Program-made: the position numbers and the translations under genes
The notes under the pieces: model-generated
The model's input: only the letters and a program-made list of their open reading frames with translations
What the model was told of the DNA's origin: nothing
The model's database searches: none
Assembly: GCA_050251945.1 (NCBI GenBank)
Contig: JBFWLW010000004.1
Coordinates: forward strand, 64,001-128,000
Direction: 5' to 3'
DNA length: 64,000 nucleotides
Source of the DNA: Deferribacterales bacterium
GTDB taxonomy: Bacteria; Chrysiogenota; Deferribacteres; Deferribacterales; Geovibrionaceae
In this document: positions 27,020 through 36,830 of the stretch, piece by piece
Layout of the letters: each line of letters opens with the position of its first letter
How positions within the stretch are numbered: position 1 is the stretch's first letter

Positions 27020-28407
27020 AAAACGCCGCCGTTCTTGACGAAAGAGAAATTATAAATATCAGCCCGCAACCGGGACCACAGGAAATGTTTCTGTCGTCTC
27101 CTGCGGACATAGTGATTTATGGCGGGGCAGCTGGGGGAGGCAAAACCTTCGGGCTTTTGTTAGAGCCGCTCCGCCATATCAATAATCCTAAATTCAGCGC
27201 GGTTATATTCCGCCGTACATCAAACCAAATTGATACGGCAGGCGGTTTGCTTGATGAATCAAAAAATCTGTATGCATCTGCTAATGCAACGTTAAAAGTA
27301 GCACCAAACTATCAGTGGCGTTTCCCGAGCGGAGCGAAAGTACAGTTCCGCCACCTGCAATACGAAAACGATTTAATGAGTTGGCAGGGTTCGCAGATTC
27401 CGCTTATTTGCTTCGATGAAGTTACGCATTTCACAAAAAAACAGTTTATTTATATGCTTTCCCGTAACCGCTCAACATGCGGAGTTAATCCGTATATCCG
27501 CTGCACATGCAACCCTGACCCTGACAGTTTTGTTGCGGAAATGATTGAGTGGTGGATAGATCAGGAAACAGGCTTTGCGATCCCCGAGCGTTCCGGAGTT
27601 ATCCGGTATTTTATCGTTATTGATGATGCTTTCGTATGGGCAAGCACGCGTGAAGAACTGACAGAACTTTATCCTTCAAATCAACCTATTTCTTTTACAT
27701 TCATAGCATCAAGTATTTACGATAATAAAATATTGCTCGAGAAAGACCCGAAATATATAGCAAACCTTGATGCTCTTGGCAGAGTTGACAGAGAGAGGCT
27801 TAAGTTTGGCAACTGGAAAATACGTCCGCAATCTGGGCTTATCTTTAAAAGAGAATGGTTTAAGGTTATCGACGCTTCGGAGCTTCCGCCCCTTTCTCTC
27901 CGCAGAACTGCGAGAGCGTGGGATCTGGCGGCAACCGAGAAGACGGAAAACAATGACCCCGATGCAACAGCATCTGTGAAAATGTCGGAATTTGATGGCA
28001 TGTATTACATTGAGCATGTTTCTCATGATTGCATGTCTCCGGCGAAAGTCCGTGATTCAATCAAGAATCTGGCAGGGCTTGACGGCTTCAAATGCACAAT
28101 AAGATTGCCGCAAGACCCCGGACAAGCGGGCAAAGCGCAGGCGGATGATTTTTGTAAACTTCTGACCGGATTTACATTCAGCATAAAGCCCGTTTCTGGT
28201 GATAAAATCACCCGTGCAGCGGGCATATCGGCTCAGGTTGAGCATGGTAAAGTATGTTTAGTTCGTGCGCCATGGAATGAAAAATTCCTGTCAGAGTTGG
28301 AAAATTTCCCGGATGGTGCGCACGATGACATGGTTGATGCGCTTTCCGATGCGTTTGACGAGCTGGCAAGAGATGGCGTTTTCATGGATTACGGAGCGTT
28401 GTTATGA
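27016..28407 (+). CDS. Terminase large subunit
   Basis: YGGAAGGGKT, FDEVTHF, TCNP, WDLA, HDDMVDA. Confidence 0.95.
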   Translation: MKNAAVLDEREIINISPQPGPQEMFLSSPADIVIYGGAAGGGKTFGLLLEPLRHINNPKFSAVIFRRTSNQIDTAGGLLDESKNLYASANATLKVAPNYQWRFPSGAKVQFRHLQYENDLMSWQGSQIPLICFDEVTHFTKKQFIYMLSRNRSTCGVNPYIRCTCNPDPDSFVAEMIEWWIDQETGFAIPERSGVIRYFIVIDDAFVWASTREELTELYPSNQPISFTFIASSIYDNKILLEKDPKYIANLDALGRVDRERLKFGNWKIRPQSGLIFKREWFKVIDASELPPLSLRRTARAWDLAATEKTENNDPDATASVKMSEFDGMYYIEHVSHDCMSPAKVRDSIKNLAGLDGFKCTIRLPQDPGQAGKAQADDFCKLLTGFTFSIKPVSGDKITRAAGISAQVEHGKVCLVRAPWNEKFLSELENFPDGAHDDMVDALSDAFDELARDGVFMDYGALL

Positions 28408-29678
28408 AACTGACGGATATGAAAATAATTGACAGCATCCAAAGCATGTTTAACTCTCTGCTTAATCGCCGTAATCCTCTGCTCACAAATAGACCGAAAC
28501 ATATTAAACTTGACGATACGGTCTTAAACTCTTTATATCTTTCAGGACTTGGTCAAGCAATACTTGATCATAAAGTAGGTGGCGCACTTAAAAACACTCT
28601 GAACTTTGCAGAAAAATCAGATGAAATCATATACGATAAGAAGCTTAAAGAAGCTGTAAAAGAGGCTTGCAGATATCAGATTGCTTTCGGTCGTGGCGTG
28701 ATTTGCATAGTAGAGCATGATAAATCTATATCATCGCCTATCAGCGGCAAAATCGATCTGAAAAGAACCTCATTCAGAGTATTCAGCGGGCAGGACGTAT
28801 CTGTATCAAGTTACGGCATGGATATCACCGATGAACGCTTTTATAAGCCGAAAATGTACATGGTTTACGGCAATCAGTTTCACCATTCAAGAGTGATTGA
28901 TTTCGCTTATAAAAAACCCGTATTTCAAGATCTGCCGCAGTATAACTTCGGTGGGGTTTCAGAATTTGAAATCATATACGAACAGCTTATTAATGACGGC
29001 ATAGTTCAGCGTTCCAGTGCGACTATGGTTGAGAAGGGCGCACGGACTTATTACAAAGTAAAGGGCTTTAAATCTCTTCTGGCGTCAAAACAGGATGCCG
29101 CTCTTTTGCAATATTTCTCCGCAGTGGAGGATTATGCCAGTGTATCGACAGCAACTATCATAGATGCGGAAGACGAAATTACCCCTATATCTCTTAAATT
29201 ACAACATCTTAAGGAGATTGCAGAAGATTCACTCCGCAGAGTAGCGGCGGTAACTCGCATCCCGGTTTCAAGACTTGTTGGTGAAAATGTAAAAGGACTG
29301 AATAGCACCGGCGACAATGAAGACAAGATGTTCTGGGAAGGAATAGCGGACTATCAGGAAAGCTATATATATTGCCCGCTCAATGAGCTTTTCAGCAAGT
29401 GCGGACTTGGCGAAGTTTGGTTTAAAGAGGCTCTGGGTGTCACTGCAACACAGCAGATGGACTATGACGGCAAAGCTCTTGATAATGCCGCTAAAATGAC
29501 AGAGCAAGGCTATACGAAAGAGGCAAAAGAGTATCTGGAAGATAAAGGTGTAATAAAGATAGATACATATAAAAAATTACTTAATCAGCAAAAATCAGAA
29601 AAAGAAATGAATATGCCTGAAACGCCTGAAATTGCTGCAAATCACAATAATCTGGGAAATACGCAGGGGGTAGAATAA
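28404..29678 (+). CDS. Portal protein (DUF1073-like)
   Basis: HHSRVI, IPVSRLVGENVKGLNSTGDNE; follows the terminase. Confidence 0.85.
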   Translation: MKLTDMKIIDSIQSMFNSLLNRRNPLLTNRPKHIKLDDTVLNSLYLSGLGQAILDHKVGGALKNTLNFAEKSDEIIYDKKLKEAVKEACRYQIAFGRGVICIVEHDKSISSPISGKIDLKRTSFRVFSGQDVSVSSYGMDITDERFYKPKMYMVYGNQFHHSRVIDFAYKKPVFQDLPQYNFGGVSEFEIIYEQLINDGIVQRSSATMVEKGARTYYKVKGFKSLLASKQDAALLQYFSAVEDYASVSTATIIDAEDEITPISLKLQHLKEIAEDSLRRVAAVTRIPVSRLVGENVKGLNSTGDNEDKMFWEGIADYQESYIYCPLNELFSKCGLGEVWFKEALGVTATQQMDYDGKALDNAAKMTEQGYTKEAKEYLEDKGVIKIDTYKKLLNQQKSEKEMNMPETPEIAANHNNLGNTQGVE

Positions 29679-30883
29679 TGCCCGATAAAGTACATAGATG
29701 CGTTGAGAAACTTAAAAAGAAAGGCATTCCTGAAGCTAAGGCATGGGCTATCTGCAATGCATCAATCAAAGACAGTACTGAGCATCAGTTTGATATAAAA
29801 TTCACTGATGCTGTGAAGTATAACGCCGAAGAACACAGTCTTGTATCTGTAAGAGATGGAAAACAGATGTACCACAGCTCGGAACTCGGCATAGCTGACA
29901 ACCGCATGATGTCTATTTATCGCTCACCGTACGAAATTGCCTGTCTTTACGATATGCTGGACGGATTGCCGATAACAAATAATCACATTGAAATCGATGG
30001 TGAAGTCCCCGAAGAACTTAAGGCTGGGAAAATTAATACAACAGAGCTGATTGATATTGATGACAAAGCCAACGATGCCACAATAGCTTTGCAACACTCA
30101 GTAATTATCGACAATGCCGATCTGATGCAAGCTATCAAAGACGGCAAAAAAGAATTGTCACTTGGATATACCGCGAAGGTGATCAAAGGACATGATGCAT
30201 ATGACTTTGAGTATGTAAATATAATTCCTCATCACCTCGCCGTAGTTGATGCAGGACGTTGTGGGGCTGTTTGTAGCTTCCTCGACAATAAAACAGATAT
30301 GGAGAGTGCGAATATGGCAGGCGATAAAGAAACTGTCACAGATCAGTTCAAGGCACTTATAAAGGACGCTCAGGGGAAATATAACATGCGTGCCATCATA
30401 GAAATGGTTAACATGTTGCCCGAAATCATCGGAGATATGCCCCTCGACGAACTTAACAAGATTGCGCCTACGTTGGAGAAAATTCTCCAGATGGCACGAC
30501 CAGATAAGGAGGGTCAGAATATGATTGATGCGAAAATTACTGATTCTGACGAGTTTAAACAAGCGGTAAAGGATGCCGCTGACAAACTTGTCAAGGATGC
30601 CGTTATGGAGAAAATGAAAGAACTCCCTAGCGTCATGGCAAAAGCGGGCAAAGTGCTTGATGTTTCATATGATTACGCAGGGAAAACACCTTGCGAAATT
30701 ATGAAGGATTCTGTTGTTGCTCATTACGGCAAAGAACACGGATTCAGGGACGAAGAAATTGGCGTTGCTTTTAAGGCAATCCAAACTAAGCCTGATCACG
30801 GCAAGTTTGTTGACGTAGAGGCGGTCCATACCGACAGAAAACCTTTCGATATCGCTACGATTGGCGATAAGGAGTGGAAATAA
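29678..30883 (+). CDS. Head maturation protease/scaffold (DUF2213-like)
   Basis: PITNNH, ELSLGY, HLAVVDAGRCG. Confidence 0.85.
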   Translation: MPDKVHRCVEKLKKKGIPEAKAWAICNASIKDSTEHQFDIKFTDAVKYNAEEHSLVSVRDGKQMYHSSELGIADNRMMSIYRSPYEIACLYDMLDGLPITNNHIEIDGEVPEELKAGKINTTELIDIDDKANDATIALQHSVIIDNADLMQAIKDGKKELSLGYTAKVIKGHDAYDFEYVNIIPHHLAVVDAGRCGAVCSFLDNKTDMESANMAGDKETVTDQFKALIKDAQGKYNMRAIIEMVNMLPEIIGDMPLDELNKIAPTLEKILQMARPDKEGQNMIDAKITDSDEFKQAVKDAADKLVKDAVMEKMKELPSVMAKAGKVLDVSYDYAGKTPCEIMKDSVVAHYGKEHGFRDEEIGVAFKAIQTKPDHGKFVDVEAVHTDRKPFDIATIGDKEWK

Positions 30884-31344
30884 TGGCTTTCCCAACTATA
30901 GGCAAAGTAGACATTGAAAAAATGGATGCTGGCGAATACATCGGTAACGCTTATGAAATCGATTCGACAGCGACATTTGAAGACGGTTTGAAATTCGGAC
31001 GTGTGGCAAAACTCGATTCCGGCAGTCTTGATAACCTTGATGGTTCATCAACTCCTGTGATTGCCGGTATTGTACTTAGGACAGCATCAAATCCCATAGA
31101 GGATGGATATACCTACACCACTGAAAATACCGTACAAGTTGATTATCTCACAAAAGGACGAGCAACTGTTGAGGTGCTTTCGGGCGAAACCCCGGCGTTT
31201 GGTGATGCCGTTCGTGTTGTGAACGCAGGCGGCGCAACAGACGGTCAGGTCGCAGTAACATCCGCAGCGGGTACAATCTCAATTACTGGATGGCGGTTTA
31301 TCAAATCCGTTAAAACGGGCGTTGCCATTGTGGAGGTGAAATAA
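30883..31344 (+). CDS. Head decoration/cement protein
   Basis: Position before the capsid gene; beta-rich, 153 aa. Confidence 0.65.
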   Translation: MAFPTIGKVDIEKMDAGEYIGNAYEIDSTATFEDGLKFGRVAKLDSGSLDNLDGSSTPVIAGIVLRTASNPIEDGYTYTTENTVQVDYLTKGRATVEVLSGETPAFGDAVRVVNAGGATDGQVAVTSAAGTISITGWRFIKSVKTGVAIVEVK

Positions 31345-32336
31345 TGATTCAGGTCAAAAACCTTTATGATATGAAGTCCTTTGGGGCTTTCATTCAGTCA
31401 ATTCAAGATAAGTCGTTTATTCATCCTCTTGCTGAGAAGTTTACAGATGCTGGGTTTAACGGTGTGACGCTGGCGAGAAACCTCACTCACGTGAGTGCTG
31501 AGACGTTTATGGCTCAATACCCTGACAACGTGTTCTTGAACAATCTGGGTATCACTATCAACAACGAAGGCGGCTACGCAAGAACTATTCAATCACTCCG
31601 CATGAAACCGACAGGCTCATATGAGCTTTCAACCAATGGCGATACTGGAAAAAATATCATTGGCATATCCGGAGATGATTCAGATATCAAAGTTTATAGC
31701 CATGATGCAAAGAGTCGCTGGAATGAAAGAGAGCTGCAAGAAGCTGCTCTGAGCGGTAAAAACCTTGTTCAGCTCTATCTTGAGGCGCATAACGAGGCAT
31801 ATCAGAAGAAACTGGATTACATCGGCTTCATGGGTGCGAAAGGTTCAACCGGACTGCTGAACTATTCCGGTTATACGACTACGGCAGCTGGTAAACTTGC
31901 ATCCGCTATGACGGCGGCTGAGATGTATACGGCTATTTCTGGGCTTATTAACGCTCAATGGGCGGGATGTAAAAACATTATGGCATACAAGGCAAATGTT
32001 GTGCTTATGCCTGATTCTGTCTATAACCGCCTTTCAACAACCGTTTATTCAACGACAGGTGATAATCCCGCATCAGTTCTTGTTGCACTGCAAAAGAACT
32101 TCGCGGGTGTTCAGTTTATAAGCTCTGCAAGGGCGGAAGCTGACCAGCTCGGAGGCACTTCAAAAACGGTGGCATTCTCCAATAATAGAAATGCTATGCA
32201 GTTCAGACTGCCTGTTCCTCTTCGTACAAGCAACATCTTCACAAGAGGATTCAGCTTTGAGGTTGAGGGATATTTCAGCGTTGCTGGCTGTGATTTCCTT
32301 GAAAATACGGCTTTCAGAGGTCTGTCAGGACTTTAA
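31344..32336 (+). CDS. Major capsid protein (DUF2184-like)
   Basis: 330 aa, ELQEA..GLLN pattern, position. Confidence 0.82.
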   Translation: MIQVKNLYDMKSFGAFIQSIQDKSFIHPLAEKFTDAGFNGVTLARNLTHVSAETFMAQYPDNVFLNNLGITINNEGGYARTIQSLRMKPTGSYELSTNGDTGKNIIGISGDDSDIKVYSHDAKSRWNERELQEAALSGKNLVQLYLEAHNEAYQKKLDYIGFMGAKGSTGLLNYSGYTTTAAGKLASAMTAAEMYTAISGLINAQWAGCKNIMAYKANVVLMPDSVYNRLSTTVYSTTGDNPASVLVALQKNFAGVQFISSARAEADQLGGTSKTVAFSNNRNAMQFRLPVPLRTSNIFTRGFSFEVEGYFSVAGCDFLENTAFRGLSGL

Positions 32337-32382
32337 ACAATACGGCGGGGTTTATAGCCCCGCCATAATTTAAGGTGACAAT

Positions 32383-32670
32383 ATGGCAATGTCAGAAAGA
32401 AAAAAATGGCTTATGGAAGAATATGAAAGACTTTCGGATAAGAAAGGTAGCCCTGCAATGACGGAAGAATGGTACGAAGAGAAGATAGCGGAGCTTGTGG
32501 CGGACGAAACAGCAAGATACATGAACGAAAGTGGACATCCGTTTTGCCTGGGTCATAAAACATATGCAATCAACGAAGTTTTCAGCCTTGAATCTCCGCA
32601 ATTGGGCAATCCTAATGTTATGGATCAGTTTAATCACGCCGTAAGCCTTGGCATGTTAAAACAGGTGTAA
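32383..32670 (+). CDS. Phage hypothetical protein
   Basis: ORF after the capsid terminator hairpin. Confidence 0.6.
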   Translation: MAMSERKKWLMEEYERLSDKKGSPAMTEEWYEEKIAELVADETARYMNESGHPFCLGHKTYAINEVFSLESPQLGNPNVMDQFNHAVSLGMLKQV

Positions 32671-32671
32671 T

Positions 32672-33040
32672 ATGGCTCTTATAGATGATTTCAAGACACG
32701 TTTTCCGGAGTTTAACGTAACGGTGGTAAATAGCAGAGTGCCAGTATTGGAGGGTATATATCCGTCCTATTATGGTGATTCATATACTGCCGCAAATAAA
32801 GAAATCATCTTAAACCTTATTGCCCATTTGCTTGTTTTAGATAGCCCTACGAGCGTGTCTACTACTAACAGCTCTGTAAAGAAGTTTGTGACTTCAAAGT
32901 CAACAACATCCAATGGATTGAGCACAGATTATGCAAAACCGGAATCATTAACTTTTCAGCAGGAGTTTTTCTCCTCAACTTCATATGGTCAAAGATTTCT
33001 GTATCTGTCCAGTTTCAACATTGGTGCTAGATATGCTTAA
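32672..33040 (+). CDS. Head-tail adaptor (DUF4054-like)
   Basis: FKTRFPEF..AHLL..TSYGQRF. Confidence 0.8.
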   Translation: MALIDDFKTRFPEFNVTVVNSRVPVLEGIYPSYYGDSYTAANKEIILNLIAHLLVLDSPTSVSTTNSSVKKFVTSKSTTSNGLSTDYAKPESLTFQQEFFSSTSYGQRFLYLSSFNIGARYA

Positions 33041-33350
33041 TCAGATCATTGAAGACGGCGAAAGTATAACTTTTACCTCTATTTTATCATCAGGTGTAGA
33101 TACGAATGGAGATCCGATAACTACGACTGCGACTTATAGCGGCTTCGGATGTCCGTTTGCTTATATGGCTGACGAAATAAACGGCACAAGCATCTTGTCA
33201 ACAGATATCAAAATGCTCTGCACAGTTGATACAGAGCCAAAGCAAGGCTGGAAATGTACGACAAGAAAAGGAACTTTTAGGATTATGCGTGTTATTCCGA
33301 TAAGCGAATCCGGCATAGATGTTCTTTATTCCTGCCAGTTGAGGGTTTGA
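33033..33350 (+). CDS. Head closure protein
   Basis: Position; C-terminal LYSCQLR. Confidence 0.6.
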   Translation: MLNQIIEDGESITFTSILSSGVDTNGDPITTTATYSGFGCPFAYMADEINGTSILSTDIKMLCTVDTEPKQGWKCTTRKGTFRIMRVIPISESGIDVLYSCQLRV

Positions 33351-33352
33351 GT

Positions 33353-33745
33353 ATGAGTAATACTCTCATCCACAAAGCACTCAGAAAAAGATTACAGACT
33401 CTTTCGTATCCGATTGCGTTTGAAAATGTTTCTTTTGCTCCTGCGGACGGAACATTGTATCTGCGGGAAAACTTTCTTCCGGCAAAATCCGTTGACTTGG
33501 TTGTTGGTTTTACAGATGGAGTAAGAGATTTTACGGGCATTTATCAGGTTACGATATGTTCGCCAAGCGGCGGCGGTAAAAGTGTGGCAGATGCGGCGTG
33601 TGACGTTGTGGAAGAGCTTTTCAAGCGTGGATCAATGTTCGATGGAGTGCAGATACTCAAAAGTCCCGACAGGCATAGCGCAAAAATCAGCGGTGCATGG
33701 TTTCTCGCACCCATCAGTATTTATTACAGGAGCTTTATGTCATGA
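33353..33745 (+). CDS. Tail terminator-like protein (DUF4128-like)
   Basis: IAFENVSF..YLRENFLP..GIYQVTI. Confidence 0.75.
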   Translation: MSNTLIHKALRKRLQTLSYPIAFENVSFAPADGTLYLRENFLPAKSVDLVVGFTDGVRDFTGIYQVTICSPSGGGKSVADAACDVVEELFKRGSMFDGVQILKSPDRHSAKISGAWFLAPISIYYRSFMS

Positions 33746-34218
33746 CCTTTGCTGACGAGATTAAGAGAGCATTTCAAAGACAGAAAGAAGCTATTGAGGA
33801 GGTTATGATAAATTCTGTAAAAGAGACCTCTGAAATGGTGATTCTTCGTGACCCTGTTGATACAGGAAAGAACAGAGCAAATATGCAGGCTATGCTGAAT
33901 GGTGAGCCGACAAGCTCGGTAAACTGGCAGGGCGATGACAACGGATTACCGGAAGGCGGCTCTTTGCTTTTACAGTCAATGCTGGGGCGGCAATATGAAG
34001 CTCCCATGCCTTCACCTGCTTCTGATTTTGCCATATCAAGAATGATTCCCGTTGCAGAGCAAGCACCGGGGAATGTTTTTGTTCTGGCAAACCCTGTGAC
34101 ATATACGGAGGATTTGGAACTATACGGTAAATCTCCGCAAGCCCCACAGGGAATGTTTCGCCTTTCGGCGGCGGAATGGCAGAACACGGTAAAAGAAAAC
34201 GTTAATAAAGTTAAATAG
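33742..34218 (+). CDS. Tail completion protein (HK97 gp10-like)
   Basis: PVDTG, LELYGKSPQAPQGMFR. Confidence 0.75.
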   Translation: MTFADEIKRAFQRQKEAIEEVMINSVKETSEMVILRDPVDTGKNRANMQAMLNGEPTSSVNWQGDDNGLPEGGSLLLQSMLGRQYEAPMPSPASDFAISRMIPVAEQAPGNVFVLANPVTYTEDLELYGKSPQAPQGMFRLSAAEWQNTVKENVNKVK

Positions 34219-34232
34219 GGGAGGAATTTAAA

Positions 34233-34901
34233 ATGAGTGATGGTTACACAGCATCCGGCGCAACGATAAGCCTTACTGCATCATTGCCCGCTACAGTTGA
34301 TAGGGCAGGGTTTGAGGCGTTGACAGGTTGGGCGGTAGTGGGCAAAGTAAGAAGCCTTGGCGATCTCAATAATTCTTGGAACACAGCGAGTTTTACACTC
34401 GTTTCTGAAGAGAGAGAGTTCAACAAGAAGACGTTTAAAACATCCGGAGACATGACGCTTACCGTTCTGGCAGGATCCACAGGTCCGGGGCTGACGCTTC
34501 TCGAGGAGGCGTATAATTCAAAAAATGATTACAGCGTGAAGGTTGAGTTCCCGAATGGCGATATTTACTATCTTTACGGCATCGTAATCGGTAAAAATAT
34601 CCCGCTCGGCGATGGCTCGGCAGTTGTTGATAAGCAGAGGACAATCAAGCCAAACAGTGATACTGTTGAAGTTCTGGCTGGCGATAACTACGTTGTGACC
34701 TTTGCGGCAGGAGCGAACGGCTCTCTCATAGGCGACACAAACCAGACCATAGCTTCCGGCGGAAGCACTACGCCCGTTTATGCGGCGGCGGCATCCGGCT
34801 ACGTCTTCAGCGCATGGTCGGACAGTAGCACCGTGAACCCCAGAACACTGACCAATGTCACGGCGAATGCCTCTTTGACTGCCTCGTTTGTAACAGAGTA
34901 A
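34233..34901 (+). CDS. Major tail tube protein with C-terminal Ig-like (Flg_new-type) domain
   Basis: Tube-like N-terminal part; GYVFSAWSD..NPRT..TASF C-terminus. Confidence 0.8.
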   Translation: MSDGYTASGATISLTASLPATVDRAGFEALTGWAVVGKVRSLGDLNNSWNTASFTLVSEEREFNKKTFKTSGDMTLTVLAGSTGPGLTLLEEAYNSKNDYSVKVEFPNGDIYYLYGIVIGKNIPLGDGSAVVDKQRTIKPNSDTVEVLAGDNYVVTFAAGANGSLIGDTNQTIASGGSTTPVYAAAASGYVFSAWSDSSTVNPRTLTNVTANASLTASFVTE

Positions 34902-35010
34902 TCAACACAGGGAGGGCGGCGCGCAGTCGCCCTTTTTTCAACTCACCTCGTCTTGAACTCCCGCTATTTTCGTGTTAGCATACTGCATTTACTATTTACG
35001 AGGTGCAGAT

Positions 35011-35667
35011 ATGAGGAAGATTCTGTTCATAATCATATTGTTATTATATTTAATGGTGCTTTCTGGATGCGGAGCAGCGGTAGCAAAGTACGATTTACTA
35101 TCTCCACAAAGAAACATTCCTGATTTATTTCCTAAAGATCCCGCATCTGTGGTTATTGTAAGAGAAAATGAGAAGCCTGAACTGGGTATAATAAGAATAG
35201 CAAATATTGGTGTTCATGGAAATGGGTATGCCGATAGAGCTTTATTAGAAAACAAATTGATACAGCAGGCGGCATATCTTGGGGCTGATGTTGTAGTTAT
35301 TGTTGGAAGTGAAGTAACAAGAGATGAAACTGTGGGCATTTATAATCAAGGTGTATTTACGTCCTCACAAGTTCAAAGACCTCATTTATATGGGGTCGCA
35401 GGCGTATGGTCAAAAGTTATAATTGGCATACATTTTGACAGTAATGGCAATATCGTCTATGTAAAAAACGCATCCCCCGCTGAAAAAGCAGGATTGAAAG
35501 AGGGACATAAAATATTGGCTATGGATGGTAAGTTTTTTGATCCAAAATCCTATATGCTAGATAACCTTCTTGCCGTTAAAAAACCGGGGGATTCACTCAT
35601 TATAGAATACCTTGATGACCAACAAATAAAAAGAAAAGTAAACGTATTGCTGGAAAGTTTTATGTAA
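35011..35667 (+). CDS. Moron: lipoprotein with C-terminal PDZ domain
   Basis: Lipobox LSGC; SPAEKAGLKEGHKILAMDG PDZ motif; AT-rich. Confidence 0.75.
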   Translation: MRKILFIIILLLYLMVLSGCGAAVAKYDLLSPQRNIPDLFPKDPASVVIVRENEKPELGIIRIANIGVHGNGYADRALLENKLIQQAAYLGADVVVIVGSEVTRDETVGIYNQGVFTSSQVQRPHLYGVAGVWSKVIIGIHFDSNGNIVYVKNASPAEKAGLKEGHKILAMDGKFFDPKSYMLDNLLAVKKPGDSLIIEYLDDQQIKRKVNVLLESFM

Positions 35668-35751
35668 TACCATGACAGAGCGGATGTGAATCGGGATATT
35701 CTTTTTTCTACGTCCTCAATCAGCACTGGGGCGTTAATTAAGAGGTTAAAA

Positions 35752-36255
35752 ATGAGATTTATTCGTAATGCTTTTATTGTTTTAGCTATTTTGTTTATAA
35801 TTCTACAATTAAATACATGGCAAAAACGAGAGTTTATGAAGAAATGGCGTTATTATGAAACTAAAGATGCTATAAGTGAAAAACCTATATATATTGCAAG
35901 TGTTTTTTCTTCAGATTATAAAAGCGAACTTATTATTAGATGTGATAAAGATAAAAAAACTTTTGATGTGTTTATTGATTATGGTCGATATTTAACAGGT
36001 TTAGATAAAATTGAAATAAGATATAGATTTGATCAGGACGATGTTATTAACATGCAATGGTATTTATCTGATAAAAGTAAATCAATATTCTCTCCTGAGC
36101 CATATGTTTTTGCTAAAAAATTAATAAAACATAATAGCTTCATAGTTGAAAATGAAAGTCGTGGTTTTGAAAGAGAAAAAATAATAGCTCAATTTAAATT
36201 AAAAGATGGACATGACAAGATTCAGGAAGTTTACGATAAATGCATAAGAGAATAA
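35752..36255 (+). CDS. Moron: membrane-anchored periplasmic protein
   Basis: N-terminal TM; very AT-rich. Confidence 0.65.
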   Translation: MRFIRNAFIVLAILFIILQLNTWQKREFMKKWRYYETKDAISEKPIYIASVFSSDYKSELIIRCDKDKKTFDVFIDYGRYLTGLDKIEIRYRFDQDDVINMQWYLSDKSKSIFSPEPYVFAKKLIKHNSFIVENESRGFEREKIIAQFKLKDGHDKIQEVYDKCIRE

Positions 36256-36315
36256 AGACAGGCTTTCTTTGAAAAAACTCTTTTCATGCCGCCTAGCAAA
36301 TTTTTGCAACTAAAC

Positions 36316-36344
36316 TTGACACTCCCAACGATATTTGTTATCCT
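36316..36344 (+). promoter_or_regulatory. Promoter of the c4-like/ant operon
   Basis: TTGACA-17-TATCCT with extended TG. Confidence 0.75.
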
Positions 36345-36457
36345 CACGCCAACAACAATCCATTTAGGCGGTCACCGTGCTGATTGAGCGGTAATCCCCT
36401 TTAAAATTTGAATTTTCAAATCATTGCGACTTATGTCGTTTTTTGGTTTGAGAGTGT

Positions 36458-36531
36458 AAAACCCCAGTGTCGCATTGCCGTGAGGCGTGCGGTGGATGTC
36501 CTAAGTGGTCCATTGTTAACACTGGGGTTTT
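36458..36531 (+). ncRNA. c4/CI-like antisense immunity RNA
   Basis: AAAACCCCAGTGT/ACACTGGGGTTTT stem; loop segments complementary to upstream and downstream sites. Confidence 0.65.
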
Positions 36532-36581
36532 GTGTCTAACAAGCACAATGCCCTAAATAATCACTTAGGAGGGGCATTATC

Positions 36582-36830
36582 ATGTCCAAATCTAAAGCCG
36601 TATCCGGCGACACGATCCTTCTCGATATCCAGTATTGCGTGTGCGATGTCTCCGCATCTCTCAAATTCATCATTAAATCCTTGGAAGAGGAAGAGGGTAG
36701 ACTTGGGCAGGTCTCCTGTCTGCTTAATGTTCTGCAAAGAAACCTGCACAAAGCCGAATCAGAGCTGATTGAGTACACCTTTGAAAAGAACATTGTGTAT
36801 CCGGTAGATTGTCGGGAGGTGTCGGCATGA
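36582..36830 (+). CDS. Small icd/kil-position protein upstream of ant
   Basis: RBS overlapped by the antisense target; coupled to ant via ATGA. Confidence 0.6.
   Translation: MSKSKAVSGDTILLDIQYCVCDVSASLKFIIKSLEEEEGRLGQVSCLLNVLQRNLHKAESELIEYTFEKNIVYPVDCREVSA

Noticed and set aside
34902..34947. Hairpin plus TTTCAACTCAC resembling the 26097 repeat
   Set aside because: Hairpin is on the wrong side of the handle and is explained as the tail-tube terminator
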